Assembly: GCA_027340875.1 (NCBI GenBank) | Contig: DAIENX010000002.1 | Coordinates: forward strand, 25,429 to 89,428 | Reading direction: 5' to 3' | Length of the DNA stretch: 64,000 bases | Origin: Elusimicrobiota bacterium | GTDB lineage: Bacteria > Elusimicrobiota > Elusimicrobia > Elusimicrobiales > UBA9959 | Part shown: piece by piece, positions 48,758 through 60,444 of the stretch | Position numbering within the stretch: position 1 is the first letter of the stretch | Layout of the letters: each line of letters begins with the position of its first letter | Notes under the pieces: model-generated | The model's database searches: none | What the model saw: the letters and a program-made list of their open reading frames with translations, nothing else | Told to the model about the DNA's origin: nothing | Position numbers and translations under genes: made by a program

Positions 48758-50007
48758 GCTTCCTCCAGTGGCTTCTTGGCGCAGGACTCTCCCGGCGGCA
48801 GGCCCCTCAGCCTGCGCCAGCCTTCGGCCAGCGCGCAGGCCGCGAACATTATGAAGTAAGGGTCGGCCGGGACGCGATAGCGCAGCGTCACCGCGAAAGG
48901 GATATAGACGGCCGTATAGGAGACCAGCAGCGCCAGTAGCAGCGAGGTCTTCCTGAACGCGGGCAGCGCCAGGAAGAACCCGGCGGCGGCCAGCGGTATG
49001 TAGAGGCCGGACGTGGCCATCGCCGCCCATTTCTGCCAGCGGTAGGCTATCACCGGGTAGAGGCGCCACAGGTGCAGCGTACGGCGGTATAGCAGCCAGG
49101 CGTACTTGCCCGGGTTGTTCCTGATCCAGGACAGGGCCTTCTCCTTGCAGTACTTGTCGCGTTCCGGCAGCGGCAGGGAACCGACGTAGTTCCAGTCGGA
49201 CGGCAGGAACTGGTTCACTTCGGCCACGCCGGGGCCCTTGTCTATCTCGCCGGTGTTCTCGTCGAGCAGGGCCTCGTCGCAGGCGGAGCCGTAAAGCGTG
49301 AACCAGGGCGTGCTGACCGGCATCACGTAGCCGCCGCTGAAATGGAGGTAGTTGCGCATCGACCAGGGCAGTATCACCAGCAGCGAGAAGGCCCCGGCGA
49401 GGAAGCCGGCGCGGAACCGGCCGGTGCGCCACCACAGCCAGGCGCAGGCCAGCAGGAAGAAAGGCAGTACCACCGATTTGGTAAGCGCGGCGCAGCCTAT
49501 CAGCAGGCCCGCGAAGGCCAGGTTGCGCGTCGACGGGGCGGCGGCGGCCCGGACCACGCGGTACACCGCCGCGGCGAGTATGAAGGTGAGGAACGTCTCG
49601 CTGAGCAGGTCGGCGGAATAGGCGATGAAGTACGGGTAATAGGCCAGCAGGGCGGCCGTTATCCTGGCGGTGAGGGCGTCGAAGAGCTCGGCCGCTGTCC
49701 GGTAGCATATCCAGACGGTGGCCGCGGAAAGGATGGTCTGGATAACCTTGGCGGCTATTACGGACTTCCCGAAGACGGAGAACACCGCCGCCAGGAAGAA
49801 GGCGTAGCCCGGCGGGCGCCAGGAGCCGCCGAAGCCGTTGCCGGAGGCCACGGACCAGCCGGTGTTCATCCAGTCGTAGGCGTCGGGGGAGAGGCTGCCG
49901 GCCCCGGTCTTCAGGACGTAGACCAGGCGCAGCAGCAACGCCAGCCCCGCGCAGGCCAGCAGGTAGTTCCTTTCCGACGACAGCCAGGCCGCCGCTCTTT
50001 TGATCAT
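48754..50007 (-). CDS. GT-C fold membrane glycosyltransferase (ArnT/PMT-like)
   Basis: 417 aa and polytopic, with the WRPPGYAFFLAAVFSVFG motif. ATGA overlap with the upstream GT2. Confidence 0.5.
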   Translation of the reverse strand: MIKRAAAWLSSERNYLLACAGLALLLRLVYVLKTGAGSLSPDAYDWMNTGWSVASGNGFGGSWRPPGYAFFLAAVFSVFGKSVIAAKVIQTILSAATVWICYRTAAELFDALTARITAALLAYYPYFIAYSADLLSETFLTFILAAAVYRVVRAAAAPSTRNLAFAGLLIGCAALTKSVVLPFFLLACAWLWWRTGRFRAGFLAGAFSLLVILPWSMRNYLHFSGGYVMPVSTPWFTLYGSACDEALLDENTGEIDKGPGVAEVNQFLPSDWNYVGSLPLPERDKYCKEKALSWIRNNPGKYAWLLYRRTLHLWRLYPVIAYRWQKWAAMATSGLYIPLAAAGFFLALPAFRKTSLLLALLVSYTAVYIPFAVTLRYRVPADPYFIMFAACALAEGWRRLRGLPPGESCAKKPLEEA

Positions 50008-50963
50008 TTCTGCCCCTGCTCCATGTCGAACAGCATCGCGAAGAGCAGGAACTGCGTGCCGGAGATTATCATCAGCGCCACCAGGATGGCGCGGGCCGGC
50101 GTCACGGCGTAGCCGCCGAGGAAGAGCTTGTCGTAGACCAGGTACAGGCCGTCCAGCAGGCCGGCCGGCAGCAGCACCAGCGCCAGGTAGTAGAAGAACA
50201 CCAGCGGGTGGAAGTCCCGGTACATGTACTTGAAGTTCAGGCGCCAGAAGAAGTCGCGCACCAGCATCGGCGAGACCTTCAGGGCGTAGTTGAAGCCCTT
50301 GATCTGGCTCTGGCGCTCGCCGGGCAGATAGACCGCGGTGCGCGGTATGTCCACGATGCGCAGGCTGTAGGCGTTCATCCTGACCAGGAAATCCATCGGG
50401 TAGCCGTAGCCTTTCCAGGCCCTGTCCCAGTTTATGGTCTCTATGGCCTTCTTCGTGATCGCCGTGTAGCCGTCCACCACGTCCATCGTCTTGTAGTAGC
50501 CGGAGGAGATCTTGGTCAGCGCGGTTATCAGCCAGTTGCCGAACAGGCGGACCTTGGGCATCTTGGAGAGCGTGTCCTCCAGCTTGGAGTCCATGAAGCG
50601 GTTGCCCTTGGAATAGTCGGCCCTGCCGTCTATCAGCGGGTCCAGGAACTGGGCGGCCTCCGCGAGCTGCATCTGGTTGTCGCCGCCCACCACCATAGCG
50701 ATGTCGTAGCCGTCGGCGGCCGACTGCCGGTAGCCGGTGATGATGCCGCCGCCCGGGCCCTGGTTCACGGTGTGCCTCAACAGGGTGACGCGGGGGTCCT
50801 TCTTGGCGTATTCGAGCACCACCTCGGCCTGGCGGTCCGGGCTCACGTCGTCGACCACGTAGACCTTGTCCACCAGCGGCGGCACTCCGGCCAGCGTGCT
50901 GGAGATGAGCTTTTCCTCGTTATAGGCCGGTATGACCAGCGAGATCTTCTTTCCTCGGTACAT
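50004..50963 (-). CDS. GT2 polyprenyl-phosphate glycosyltransferase (ArnC/GtrB/DPM1-like) with C-terminal TM helices
   Basis: 319 aa. Contains ISLVIPAYNEE, VVDDVSPD and a GGDNQM (DxD-like) motif, plus two C-terminal hydrophobic helices. Confidence 0.7.
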   Translation of the reverse strand: MYRGKKISLVIPAYNEEKLISSTLAGVPPLVDKVYVVDDVSPDRQAEVVLEYAKKDPRVTLLRHTVNQGPGGGIITGYRQSAADGYDIAMVVGGDNQMQLAEAAQFLDPLIDGRADYSKGNRFMDSKLEDTLSKMPKVRLFGNWLITALTKISSGYYKTMDVVDGYTAITKKAIETINWDRAWKGYGYPMDFLVRMNAYSLRIVDIPRTAVYLPGERQSQIKGFNYALKVSPMLVRDFFWRLNFKYMYRDFHPLVFFYYLALVLLPAGLLDGLYLVYDKLFLGGYAVTPARAILVALMIISGTQFLLFAMLFDMEQGQK

Positions 50964-51032
50964 GTCGTTCCCCTATAGAAGTCTATATGATAGCCTCTTT
51001 TGCCCCGGCTAGGCAAATTGCCGCAGGATTAA

Positions 51033-51041
51033 TGATAGAAT
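51033..51041 (+). promoter_or_regulatory. extended -10-like element (TGaTAGAAT) 12 nt upstream of ATG 51054
   Basis: TGATAGAAT lies in an AT-rich divergent region. Confidence 0.3.
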
Positions 51042-51053
51042 AGAAGCGGAACT

Positions 51054-52130
51054 ATGGCCCCTGACGCAAAGAACCTGAAATTCGCCCTGGTCGGCTGCGG
51101 CCGCATAGCCAGAAGGCACTCCGATCTGCTCGGCGGCGGGCAGATAGCAGGCGCGCGGCTGGCCGCCGTCTGCGACATAGTCCCGGAAAAGGCGAAGGCG
51201 CTTGGCGAGAAGTTCGGCGTGCCGTACTATACCGACATGCTGGAGATGATGGCGAAGACCCCGGTGGACGCCGTCTCCATGCTGACCGAGAGCGGCAACC
51301 ACGCCAGGCACGTGGTAGAGCTGGCGAAGTTCGGCAAGCATATCGTGGTCGAGAAGCCGATGGCGCTGACCCTCGACGATGCCGACGCGATGATCAAGGC
51401 CTGCGCCGGAGCCGGGATAAAGCTTTTCGTCGTGAAGCAGAACCGCTTCAACGTGCCGGTGGTCAAGCTGCGAGAGGCCCTGGAGGCCGGCCGCTTCGGC
51501 AAGCTGGTGCTGGGCACCGTGCGCGTGCGCTGGTGCCGCGAACAGGGCTACTACGACCAGGACAGGTGGCGCGGAACCTGGGCGCTGGACGGCGGCGTGC
51601 TGGCCAACCAGGCCAGCCACCACGTGGACCTGCTCGAGTGGATGATGGGCGACGTCGAGGACGTCTTCGCGATGAGCGCCACCGCGCTCGTCAAGATAGA
51701 GACCGAGGATACCGCCGTGGTCAGCCTGCGCTTCCGCAACGGGGCGCTCGGTGTGATAGAGGCCACCACGGCCGCCCGCCCCAAGGACCTCGAGGGTTCC
51801 ATTTCCATCATGGGCGAGAACGGCGCCGTGGAGATAGGCGGCTTCGCGGTCAACCAGATGAAGACCTGGAATTTCCGGACGCCACAGCCCGGCGACTCCG
51901 AGGTGATGACGAAGTATTCCGTCAACCCGCCGGACGTCTACGGCTTCGGCCACAAGGCCTACTACGAGCACGTCGTGGACTGCATAGTCAACGACACGAA
52001 ACAGCTGGTGGACGGGGCCGAGGGCCGGCGCAGCCTGGAGCTTATCGCCGGTATCTACGAATCCATAGAGACCAAGCGCGAGGTCAGCCTGCGTTCGCGG
52101 CCCAGGAAGACCCGGCTGGGGGGGAAATGA
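51054..52130 (+). CDS. Gfo/Idh/MocA-family sugar-nucleotide dehydrogenase (WbpB-like)
   Basis: 358 aa with the Rossmann motif FALVGCGRIARRH and EKPMAL. The context is an acetyltransferase and an aminotransferase. Confidence 0.65.
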   Translation: MAPDAKNLKFALVGCGRIARRHSDLLGGGQIAGARLAAVCDIVPEKAKALGEKFGVPYYTDMLEMMAKTPVDAVSMLTESGNHARHVVELAKFGKHIVVEKPMALTLDDADAMIKACAGAGIKLFVVKQNRFNVPVVKLREALEAGRFGKLVLGTVRVRWCREQGYYDQDRWRGTWALDGGVLANQASHHVDLLEWMMGDVEDVFAMSATALVKIETEDTAVVSLRFRNGALGVIEATTAARPKDLEGSISIMGENGAVEIGGFAVNQMKTWNFRTPQPGDSEVMTKYSVNPPDVYGFGHKAYYEHVVDCIVNDTKQLVDGAEGRRSLELIAGIYESIETKREVSLRSRPRKTRLGGK

Positions 52131-52597
52131 TGGGGAAACCCGAGGTAAGGATAGCCGGCATAGTCGACGTTAAGTTCGGGGACGGCGTCAAGGTCGTCGG
52201 CCCGTCCAACCTGTACGGCTGCGAGATAGGCGACGGCACCTTCGTCGGGCCCTTCGTGGAGGTCCAGAAGGGGGCGAAGATAGGCAGCCGCTGCAAGGTG
52301 CAGTCCCATGCCTTCGTCTGCGAATTGGTCACCGTCGGGGACGACTGCTTCATCGGCCACGGCGTGATGTTCATCAACGACACTTTCTCCTCAGGCGGCC
52401 CCGCCGGCGGCAGGAAGGAGCTATGGAAGTCCACCAAAATAGGCGACAGGGTATCGATAGGCTCGAACGCCACGCTGCTGCCGGTCTCGGTATGCGACGG
52501 CGCCGTGATAGGGGCCGGGGCAGTTGTCACTAAGGATATAACGAAGCCCGGCATCTACGCCGGCAACCCGGCAAGGCTGATAAGGGAGCTTAAATGA
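52127..52597 (+). CDS. hexapeptide-repeat (left-handed beta-helix) N-acetyltransferase (WbpD-like)
   Basis: Start at MMGKPEV (ATGA overlap with the upstream stop). Repeated [LIV]G-x4 hexapeptides (IGDGTFVGPFVEV, IGSRCKVQSHAFV, IGDRVSIGSNATL). Confidence 0.7.
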   Translation: MMGKPEVRIAGIVDVKFGDGVKVVGPSNLYGCEIGDGTFVGPFVEVQKGAKIGSRCKVQSHAFVCELVTVGDDCFIGHGVMFINDTFSSGGPAGGRKELWKSTKIGDRVSIGSNATLLPVSVCDGAVIGAGAVVTKDITKPGIYAGNPARLIRELK

Positions 52598-53715
52598 CGA
52601 CGACCAGGACCGCCGTTCCGTTCGCCGACCTGCACGCGCAGTACCTGACCATCAAGAAAGAGATAGATGGCGCTATCGCCGAGGTTATCGGGTCCTCCGC
52701 TTTTATCCGCGGACCGCATGTGGACGCTTTCGAGAAGGAGTTCTCCGCCCTGATAGGGTCCCCGCACTGCGTCTCCTGCGGCAACGGCACCGACGCGCTG
52801 TACCTGACGATGCGCGCGCTGGGCCTGAAGCCCGGCGACGAGGTGATAACCGCCGCGCACTCCTGGATAGCCACCAGCGAGACCATAACGCAGGCCGGAG
52901 GCTCGGTGGTCTTCTGCGACACCGACTACGACACTTTCACCATAGACCCGGCGCTGATAGAGGCGAAGATAACCCCGCGCACCGTAGGCATCATACCCGT
53001 GCACCTGTACGGCCAGCCGGCGGACATGCCGGCGATAATGCAAATAGCTTCGAAGCACAGGCTCTGGGTGCTGGAGGACTGCGCGCAGGCCCACCTGGCG
53101 CGCGTGGACGGCCGGACGGCCGGGACCTTCGGCATGGCCGGCTCGTTCTCTTTCTATCCCGGCAAGAACCTGGGCGCTATGGGCGACGCGGGCGCGGTAG
53201 TTACGGCGGACGGGGTCCTGGCGGAGCGGATAGCGATGCTGGCCCGCCACGGCGGGCTGAAGAAAGGCGATCACCGGATAGAGGGCGTGAACAGCCGTCT
53301 GGACGGCCTGCAGGCGGCCGTGCTCTCCGTGAAGATGAAGAAACTGGCGGCCTGGACGGCCGAGCGCAGGCGCCTGGCCGGCGTCTACGACATGGCGCTG
53401 ACGGGCATAGACGGCCTCGAGGTTCCCATCTGCGCCGGCGGCCGGGAGCACGTCTACCATCTCTACGTCGTGCGCCATGAGAGGCGCGACGAGCTGAAGA
53501 AGTACCTCGCCGATCGCGGCATCGAGACCGTGATAAACTACCCGGTTTCCCTGCCGTATTTGCCGGCCTATTCACGCCTGGGAGCGCGGCCGGAGGATTT
53601 CCCCAACGCCTACCGGAACCAGTCGCGCGTGCTATCGCTGCCGATGTTCCCGGAGATGACCGAGGCCCAGCAGCACGCGGTGATAGACGCGGTCAAGGCC
53701 TTCTGCGGGGCCTGA
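52594..53715 (+). CDS. DegT/DnrJ/EryC1/StrS-family sugar aminotransferase (WbpE-like)
   Basis: 373 aa. Contains CGNGTDAL, FSFYPGKNLGAMGDAG and NSRLDGLQAA. ATGA overlap with the upstream gene. Confidence 0.8.
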   Translation: MTTTRTAVPFADLHAQYLTIKKEIDGAIAEVIGSSAFIRGPHVDAFEKEFSALIGSPHCVSCGNGTDALYLTMRALGLKPGDEVITAAHSWIATSETITQAGGSVVFCDTDYDTFTIDPALIEAKITPRTVGIIPVHLYGQPADMPAIMQIASKHRLWVLEDCAQAHLARVDGRTAGTFGMAGSFSFYPGKNLGAMGDAGAVVTADGVLAERIAMLARHGGLKKGDHRIEGVNSRLDGLQAAVLSVKMKKLAAWTAERRRLAGVYDMALTGIDGLEVPICAGGREHVYHLYVVRHERRDELKKYLADRGIETVINYPVSLPYLPAYSRLGARPEDFPNAYRNQSRVLSLPMFPEMTEAQQHAVIDAVKAFCGA

Positions 53716-53716
53716 T

Positions 53717-55579
53717 TCAGCTAAGGTATTCGGCCTGCCAGAGGAAGAGCGAGGCCAGGCAGGTCAGCTTCCGGGTGTTGTCGCGGCGCCCTTCCAGGTG
53801 CTCCCTGAAGAGGCCTTCGGCGAAGGAATAATCGCAGAAATCCGGGTTCTTTGCCCTGGCCGCTCCCAGCGAGTCCAGGAAGAAGCCTTTCAGCTCCCTC
53901 TTCAGCCACTCCGCGGTAGGCATGCTGAAGCCCTTCTTGGGCATCTTCAGTATCTCCTCCGGCAGGTAATGCCGCAGCGTCTTGCGGATGATGTGCTTCG
54001 TCGTGAAGCCCTTCATCTTCAGCGACAGCGGCACCTCCTCGGCCAGTTCCAGCATCTCGTTGTCCAGGAAAGGCACGCGCGCCTCCTGCGAGTTGAACAT
54101 CGTGACCAGGTCGGTGGAATGCAGCGAGCAGTAAGGCAGGAAGACGTTCAGGTCCAGGTACATCAGGCGGTCCAGCAGGCGGGCCGAGGCCACGTCGGGC
54201 AGATGCTGGGAGAATACCTCGAACGGGTCCTCGTGCTTCAGGTGCGGCATCAGCGCCCGTATCTCCCTGTCCGTCAGTATCTCCTTGTACTTCATGTGGG
54301 CTATCTCGGGCCGGAAGGCGGCGCCGCGGGCGAACGATTTGATCTTGAAGTCCAGGCTCAGCCTGGCGGTGGAGACCGGCAGGCGCTCGGCCGCGGCGCG
54401 CAGCGCGTCTTTCACCGGTCCCGGCAGGTACTGGTAGACGCGGCCCACCTTGGCGGCCGTCAGCGTGGGATATCCGGCGAAGAGCTCGTCGCCGCCGGCG
54501 CCGGTCAGGGCCACCGTGATGTCCTTCCTCGAAACGGCGGACAGGCGCTGCATCGCCAGCCAGGTCCAGTCGCCGTGCGGCTCGGCGAAGCCTTTCACGG
54601 CTGCGGGCAGCATCGCGGCTACGTCGGATGCGCCGAACAGACAGTCGTGGTGCTCGGTGCCGTATTTCCGGGCGACCAGGCGCGCTTCGGCGGTCTCGTT
54701 ATGGGTGCCGCCGTCGGCGTAGCCTACCGTGTAGGTCTTCGGGCGCACCCCGAGCTTCGACATCATCGCTACGATGGCCGTGGAATCAAGGCCGCTGGAC
54801 AGGAACACCCCCAGCGGCACTTCGCTCACCAGCTGGCGCTTTACCGAGGCCAGCAGCGAGGACTCTATGCGTTCCGAGGCCTCGGCCTCGGACATCTTCT
54901 GCGGGCGGAAGCGAAAGTTCCAGTAAGGCCTGACTTCGGCCTTGCCGCCGCCGGCCTTTATGAAATGCCCCTGCGGCAGGCGGCGTATATGCCTGAACAC
55001 GGAGCGGGGGGAGGAGATGTAGTAGAAGGACAGGTAGTCGGCCAGCGCCTGCGGGTCGGCCTCGCGGGGCATGCCGGGGAAGGACAGCAGCGCCTTTATC
55101 TCCGAGGCGAAATAGAGAGAGCCTCCGAGGTCCGCGTAGAAGAGCGGCTTGATGCCCACGCGGTCGCGCGCGACGAACAATTCCTGTTTCTTAGCGTCCC
55201 AGAGGGCGAAGGCGAACATGCCGTTGAGCTTGTCCAGGCATTTCTCGCCGAGCTCTTCGTAGAGATGGACGATGACCTCGGTGTCGGAGCTGGTGGCGAA
55301 GCGGTGCCTGGGCTCCAGATCCTTCCTGAGCTCCCGGTAGTTGTAGATCTCGCCGTTGAGCACCACGGCCAGTGAGCGGTCCTCGCTGAAGACGGGCTGG
55401 CGGCCGCCGGCCACGTCGATGATGCTCAGCCTGCGCATCGCCAGGCCGCAGTGCCTGTCGGTCAGCACGCCGTCGTCGTCCGGGCCGCGGTGGAACATCT
55501 CGAAGAGACCGGACTTGAGGTCAGCCTCCCTCACCGGCTTGCCGGAGGAATAGTTAATCTGTCCCAGTATTCCGCACAT
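53717..55579 (-). CDS. asnB: asparagine synthase (glutamine-hydrolysing)-type amidotransferase
   Basis: 620 aa. N-terminal nucleophile MCGI and the PP-loop SSGLDST. Confidence 0.8.
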   Translation of the reverse strand: MCGILGQINYSSGKPVREADLKSGLFEMFHRGPDDDGVLTDRHCGLAMRRLSIIDVAGGRQPVFSEDRSLAVVLNGEIYNYRELRKDLEPRHRFATSSDTEVIVHLYEELGEKCLDKLNGMFAFALWDAKKQELFVARDRVGIKPLFYADLGGSLYFASEIKALLSFPGMPREADPQALADYLSFYYISSPRSVFRHIRRLPQGHFIKAGGGKAEVRPYWNFRFRPQKMSEAEASERIESSLLASVKRQLVSEVPLGVFLSSGLDSTAIVAMMSKLGVRPKTYTVGYADGGTHNETAEARLVARKYGTEHHDCLFGASDVAAMLPAAVKGFAEPHGDWTWLAMQRLSAVSRKDITVALTGAGGDELFAGYPTLTAAKVGRVYQYLPGPVKDALRAAAERLPVSTARLSLDFKIKSFARGAAFRPEIAHMKYKEILTDREIRALMPHLKHEDPFEVFSQHLPDVASARLLDRLMYLDLNVFLPYCSLHSTDLVTMFNSQEARVPFLDNEMLELAEEVPLSLKMKGFTTKHIIRKTLRHYLPEEILKMPKKGFSMPTAEWLKRELKGFFLDSLGAARAKNPDFCDYSFAEGLFREHLEGRRDNTRKLTCLASLFLWQAEYLS

Positions 55580-57356
55580 ATCTCAAAAGCAGGAGCCTGT
55601 TCCCGCTGTAGTCGAAGGTCCTCTCTTCTTCGAACTTGCCGGAGGAGAGGAGGGCGGCGGTTATGCCGCGGAAATCCGCGTCTATGCCGGGGATATTCGT
55701 GCCGGGCAGCAGCAGGTAGTCGAAGCGCCCGTCGGCCACCCTGGCTTCTGCCCTCCCCGCGTCGAGGCCAGGCGGGAGGTCCCTGTCCCAGCGCACCTTG
55801 CCGGCCAGGCCGTACTTGGCCAGGTAGAAGTGGCTGGGTTCCACCTCCATCGGAGCGTAGACGCTCTGACCGGGCCTTAGATAGCGCGCCGCCTCGGAGT
55901 AGGGGTAGACGTTGGCGGCGAAATTGAAGGCCGTCTTGCGCTGGTAAGGGTCTTTGGCCAGCATCGCCTGCCAGGCGAACAGGGCCAGTGCGGCGTATGG
56001 CAGCAGCCTGCCTGCCTGGCCCTTCAGCTTCGAGGAAAGGGCGGAGAGCGCCGGCAGAACAAGGACCGCCAGTCCTATGTAGAAGGGCTGCGCGTGACGC
56101 ACGTAGCCTACCGCGGCGCTGGCGCTGATCATGACATAGTAGGCCGCAGTGAAATAGAGCAGCAGCCAGAGAGGGACCGATCGTCTCCGCATCACGGAGA
56201 ACGCCGCGGAGGCGGCCAGCAGGGCCGTGATCGCGGCTCCCGAAGTGCGGTACAGGTCTATGAGGTCCAGCGTCATCAGCCGCGGGGAGAGCAGGTTGGC
56301 GGCCTGGAGGGCTGTGTTCCGTATCCCGGTCAGCGTGCTGATGGTTATGAACGGCAGGCCCAGCGCCGCTGGTATCGCCAGCGTCTTCAGCCCGTAAAGC
56401 CATTTCTCCCTACGGTCGGGGAGGAAGATGGCCAGTGCGGCCAGTGCCGGCAGGAAGGAGAGCAGGAGCCCCAGCAGCAACTGCTTGTAGAAGAAGCCCG
56501 CCGCGGTCCAGAACGCGCATTTCAGGAATTCCTTCCTGTCCCCGTCTACGGCGGCCAGGAAGTGATAGATGGCCGCCGCGAAGAAAAGGACGGTGCCGGC
56601 CTCGAGTTCCGCGCTGATGGCCAGGTTGAAGAAGGTGGGGAAGAAGAGCACCAGCAGGAAGGATAACCGCCGCGGCAGCCCTGACCCCAGCAGTCTCGAG
56701 GTTCGGAGCATATATGCCGCGGCCGCCGTCATGAACAGGAACTGCACCAGCCTGGGGGCGGCCTCGTTGACGCCGAGCAGCGCATAGGCGGGGAAGTACA
56801 GGAACTTGCTGAGGGGGGGGTAGCGGAGCACTGTTTCGAAGCGGCCGATAGCGCCGGCGATACCCCAGCGCAGGTCGGCGAGGAAATATATGTTGCCGGC
56901 CGCGAGCAGGGCGATGGCCGCAGTCCCGCGTCCCGGCACAAAGCGGTCTGCCGGCGCCTTGCGGACCGCGGCAATGGCCAGAAGCAGGGCCGGGACGGAG
57001 AACAGCGGCAGCAGCCTGATGTTCAATCCGGCGGCCGAGGTCAGGCGGCCTAGCAGCCAGGCCGCCGGCCCGGCGTGGGACTGTGCGTCCGAACCCGTCG
57101 GCAGAGGCAGGAGCCAGAAGGGCAGGCACACCGCCGCCGCGGCGGCCGCCACAGGCCAGAGCTCCCTGAGCTCCTCTGCCGGAGCCTGGAGCTCGACCTC
57201 GTCCAGGGACGTATAGAGCAGGGCCGCCGAAAGCAGAAGGAACAGGTTCAGGAGGGCCCATTGCGCCGGCCACGGGAGCGGCAGCCTCCATACGGGGTAC
57301 GCGGCGTAAGAAGCCGCGGTCAGCGCGGAGAGTACCCAGTTGAGGCGGAACTTCAT
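55554..57356 (-). CDS. large polytopic membrane protein, probably a GT-C fold glycosyltransferase
   Basis: Start at MKFRLNW (Met128 of ORF 55554..57737), with an ATGA overlap with the upstream gene. RYPPLSKFLYFPAY motif, more than 10 TM helices and a soluble C-terminal domain. Confidence 0.4.
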   Translation of the reverse strand: MKFRLNWVLSALTAASYAAYPVWRLPLPWPAQWALLNLFLLLSAALLYTSLDEVELQAPAEELRELWPVAAAAAAVCLPFWLLPLPTGSDAQSHAGPAAWLLGRLTSAAGLNIRLLPLFSVPALLLAIAAVRKAPADRFVPGRGTAAIALLAAGNIYFLADLRWGIAGAIGRFETVLRYPPLSKFLYFPAYALLGVNEAAPRLVQFLFMTAAAAYMLRTSRLLGSGLPRRLSFLLVLFFPTFFNLAISAELEAGTVLFFAAAIYHFLAAVDGDRKEFLKCAFWTAAGFFYKQLLLGLLLSFLPALAALAIFLPDRREKWLYGLKTLAIPAALGLPFITISTLTGIRNTALQAANLLSPRLMTLDLIDLYRTSGAAITALLAASAAFSVMRRRSVPLWLLLYFTAAYYVMISASAAVGYVRHAQPFYIGLAVLVLPALSALSSKLKGQAGRLLPYAALALFAWQAMLAKDPYQRKTAFNFAANVYPYSEAARYLRPGQSVYAPMEVEPSHFYLAKYGLAGKVRWDRDLPPGLDAGRAEARVADGRFDYLLLPGTNIPGIDADFRGITAALLSSGKFEEERTFDYSGNRLLLLRYVRNTGTD

Positions 57357-58078
57357 TTGGTTGCCGTAATCAGCAGGGAGCCGGCTATCTCGCGCAGCAG
57401 CGGCACCCGCTCCAGGAAGGTCCCGAAGCTGTCCGCCGCCGGCGCCAGCGCTCCTGGCACCCATGGGTGCAGGAAGTCGAACGGGCGCGCTGACGGCGCG
57501 GCGAAGCCGGCGCGCCGCAGCTCGCCGGCTATGTTCCACCTGAAGAAGGCCGTCTCGTCCGGGGAATCTCCCAGCAGTCGCTTCAGCGGCGGGATGTTCT
57601 TCTGCAGCATGATCTGCGGGTTGAGCATGTTGGGCTCGGTGAAGACGAAGGTGCCGCCGGGACGCAGCACGCGCAGCATCTCCGGAAGGGCCTTGGAGAG
57701 GTCGAGGTGGTGCAGCACCGAGCTGCCGCAGACGCAATCGAAGGAGTCGTCCGGGAAGTCCAGGCGTTCTACGTTCATCACCAGGAACTTAAGATTCGGG
57801 GAGGCGCTGTTGCGCTGGCGCGCCTTGTCCGCCAGCTCGGGGGAGAGGTCTATGGCGGTGATCTCTGCGCCGGAGCGGGCCAGCAGCCCGGAGAAGATGC
57901 CGGTGCCGCAGCCTATTTCGAGGACCTTTCTGTCAGGGGCCAGCCGCCCCTCCGAGATGTACATCGCGGCCCGGCGTTCCGAGCGCAGGCGTCCGGCCAC
58001 GCCGGACCAGCCCCAGTAGAATTCCGGGTTGTCGGATATCTTCCGGCCGTGCGCCAGCTCGTTCTCTATCCTGTCCAT
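57353..58078 (-). CDS. class I SAM-dependent methyltransferase
   Basis: 241 aa. Contains VLEIGCGTGIFS, DCVCGSSVLHHL and LRPGGTFVFTEP. Confidence 0.7.
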   Translation of the reverse strand: MDRIENELAHGRKISDNPEFYWGWSGVAGRLRSERRAAMYISEGRLAPDRKVLEIGCGTGIFSGLLARSGAEITAIDLSPELADKARQRNSASPNLKFLVMNVERLDFPDDSFDCVCGSSVLHHLDLSKALPEMLRVLRPGGTFVFTEPNMLNPQIMLQKNIPPLKRLLGDSPDETAFFRWNIAGELRRAGFAAPSARPFDFLHPWVPGALAPAADSFGTFLERVPLLREIAGSLLITATK

Positions 58079-58090
58079 TCTTTCCCCGCG

Positions 58091-60444
<2,354 letters not shown>

